Positions 61,388 to 64,000 of a DNA stretch of 64,000 nt are shown here, in pieces. Numbering within the stretch: the first letter of the stretch is position 1; each line of letters opens with the position of its first letter. The DNA comes from Octopus bimaculoides (lineage: Eukaryota). The notes beneath the pieces were generated by a model, which was not told where the DNA came from, did not search any database, and saw only the letters and a program-made list of their open reading frames with translations. The stretch covers positions 27,589,640-27,653,639 of the forward strand of contig NC_068982.1 in assembly GCF_001194135.2 (NCBI RefSeq), given 5' to 3'. The position numbers and the translations under genes were made by a program.

Positions 61388-61717
61388 GAGCAACAGAGAT
61401 AGTATTCATACCCAAATGTAAAATAATTACCACTTAAAAGTGGATGTTGCATTAAAACACAAATACTGCATTATTTACTAAGAGGGAAAACTCTCATATG
61501 GTTAACTGTTGCATAAAAGCACTACATTGCTATTGCCAGTGTCAGACAATCACTTCTCCCACTGTTCAGACTACCAGATCACGTGACTTTGGTCTGATTT
61601 GACCTTTTCCATGGTAGACACCAAGCTACCAAGCAGCTTGAAATAGCAACAACTGCAATGCTAGCAATATACATAGAAATACAGAGCCAAGACAGGCACT
61701 GATATATATATGAGTGA

Positions 61718-61777
<60 letters not shown>

Positions 61778-61826
61778 GTGTGTATATGTATATAATCATT
61801 TGTCTATGGATTTTCTTTGTTTTCAG

Positions 61827-62014
61827 TTTCTTCCCAACTCTAATGATTCGATAATTGTGAGTGGAGCAGCTGACTGCAAGATCCGAGTCCATGATGTAAA
61901 TATTCAGGAAACCACACATGTATTTGGCTGCCATGCAGGCCGTGTGAAGCGACTAGCTACTGCTCCGAATGTTCCGTTTATGTTCTGGAGTGCTGCAGAA
62001 GATGGCACTATCAT
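61827..62014 (+). CDS. WDTC1: WDTC1 coding exon (FLPNSNDSIIVSGAADCKIRVHD...FWSAAEDGTI)
   Basis: tttcag/gtaaga; 188 nt; matches RVKRIATAPMWPNTFWSAAEDGLI. Confidence 0.97.
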
Positions 62015-62333
62015 GTAAGAAAATTCCTTTAATTTCGAAAGATTTTTTGAAATGTTTCTGTTTTTTTTTAACTGATTATGTTGTTATAGGGGAGTTCAAT
62101 TGACAGTTTCTCTCAAGTATTGTATAGTCTTGGTCAGGACTATCAAATTTGGATGTTATGAAAAGAGGTTAGTCCTTTAGTATTGAAACTGGACACATCA
62201 GTCCCCAATATTCTACTTGTTTTTTTTTGTTCAAACTAGCCAAATCTAGCCTCTCACTCCTACCCTACAATGTCATTTTAAAAATCTCAAAGCTACAAAA
62301 TCATTAAAATCTCAAAGCTACAAGATAACGTAT

Positions 62334-63048
62334 GTGTTTAGTAACCGAGTGTCGTAAGCGCCACCCCGGCCATTTTCAAGATTAGTATAACATTTTCTTT
62401 GTCTCGACATCTAGAATCCCAAAAAGTTGGGAAGAAGAACCAGTGAAGCTTGCAATAAGTTCAAAAATCTTGCTGCAAAAATTGTACCTCAACGCTGTTG
62501 ACACGATGCTCGCTCACCCAAACTCGGACCAGAGAATTTAGTAACACACCATCATGAGCACACACACTCAATCAATAACTTCAGTGTGGTTCCTGTATCG
62601 TTTTTCAAGGTGTTATGGCTCATTTTCTAATATTCCTCATTTCCATCATAACGATAATGGGTTATTATCTTACTATCTTGTCTTACTTACCTCTTAAAGA
62701 TACTTACCTTGGTATATTAAAACACAAACAGTACCTTTGTGGGGTCTCTGTATGTTTTTTACTAGGTATTATGGCTAAAATATGCAATGCAATACACCGT
62801 TTTGTTGTACCAGTATATTCTACAAAATGAGAAAGACGCAGTCATTGTTTCATCTTTCAGATGCATACCTAAATAAATAATTATACATAGGTGGAATGAC
62901 TAGAGGAGGTCTTCACAGTCATTTTAAGACCAAAACCAGCTTCCTAACATCGTTCCTTGCTGAGATATCGCATTCTGAAAGTTGTGAAACTTTGACTTTT
63001 TTCTCGGTTTTTAAGTTGTGGTACTTATGATGGTCTGTTACTAAACAC
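62334..63048. mobile_element. Non-autonomous DNA transposon with 31-bp imperfect TIRs
   Basis: GTGTTTAGTAAC... TIRs, 24/31 identical; lies inside a TTAA-ended repeat (62190-62333 plus 63049-63085) homologous to 7000-7204. Confidence 0.7.
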
Positions 63049-63608
63049 CTCATTTAACAGAGTAATCTGAATACTAAAAGGTTAAATCTATTGTTTCTGG
63101 CTGGTCTCTTTAACTCTTTTGATACCAACCTGCTTGAGGCTTTGTGGACTGGTTCTCTGATACAAAGACAGTGTACAAGTAATGTGTAAAGTATTAAATC
63201 TCATCATCATCATTTTTACTCTCCCATATGTCCACTTTACCATGCTTGCATGGATCAGATGGAATTCATTAAGACAGATTTTCTATGGCTGCATACCCTT
63301 GTTGGCATTTGTAATCCAGTCAAGGTAACATTTCCATATGGTTAGACATGTTTTTATTGAAAGACTGGAAACAAGGGATACCACTTGCATGGTAGTGACA
63401 TTCATTTATAACTACAGCATAATCTCAAGACAAAGAAACACAAATACTCTCACATACAGCCATGCAGACACAGACAGACAGGCACACACACAGACACACA
63501 ATAAGTTACTTTCACTTTCCCTTTACGTAGATATAGAATTTATTTTTGTTGCTCCCATTTTTTTTTATTGACTCTTCTCATTCATTGCTTTTCTCAATAT
63601 CCTAATAG

Positions 63609-63833
63609 GCAATTTGATCTGCGAACTCCAATTATCTGTGATAGCACACCCCAGAATGTTTTAATCAATCTTAATGCACATATGGGACTTCATGCTGAAG
63701 CAAAGTGCATTGCTATCAATCCTTTACGGCCAGATGAGATGGCAGTTGGAGCTAATGATCCTTATGTTCGGGTGTATGACAGAAGAATGTTGTCATGCAA
63801 AAGTATCAAATTTCCTACTGATAATGGATCACG
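63609..63833 (+). CDS. WDTC1: WDTC1 coding exon (QFDLRTP...EAKCIAINPLRPDEMAVGANDPYVRVYDRRM...); gene continues beyond window
   Basis: taatag/gtaagt; 225 nt; matches QYDLRE...EAKCLTVNPQDNNCLAVGASGPFVRLYDIRM. Confidence 0.96.
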
Positions 63834-64000
63834 GTAAGTTGAGTTACTTCAATGTGTCAAATCCTTATTTTTCTTATATTGTAACATATTTATAATCAAC
63901 TGGATTTTACTCTATCTTTATTTACAACTAGATTCAGTAACTATAAATATTAAACTGTAAAGCTTTAAGATAAATCTCAGATCAGTTATTTGCATTGGTC

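Overview
AT-rich, microsatellite-dense animal genomic DNA with four N-gaps. The repeat families and composition suggest an octopus genome; this is an inference. The window holds two head-to-head WD40 genes. PAAF1 (Rpn14-like) is on the minus strand and complete: 11 coding exons at 899-23876, all GT-AG and phase-consistent, 1209 nt, 402 aa. WDTC1 (adipose/DCAF9) is on the plus strand, with 6 coding exons from 24315 to 63833, and continues past the window. The start codons are 438 bp apart. Introns are packed with several tRNA-headed SINE families, RTE, R4/Dong-like and HERO-like non-LTR remnants, and Tc1/mariner-type and TTAA-ended MITEs. Most notable: (i) type I hammerhead-ribozyme-like motifs with palindromic stem III, one with an intact catalytic core (~42577) and a pair inside a 263-bp palindrome of tRNA-like heads (~22.3 kb); (ii) a C4HC3 PHD-like finger embedded in the RT of three RTE copies; (iii) a tail-to-tail RTE pair that could form long dsRNA beside PAAF1 exon 7; (iv) an R4/Dong-like element sitting in a (TAA)n tract. 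All alignments were done by eye, family names come from recalled motifs, and repeat boundaries without a target-site duplication (TSD) or terminal inverted repeat (TIR) are approximate.
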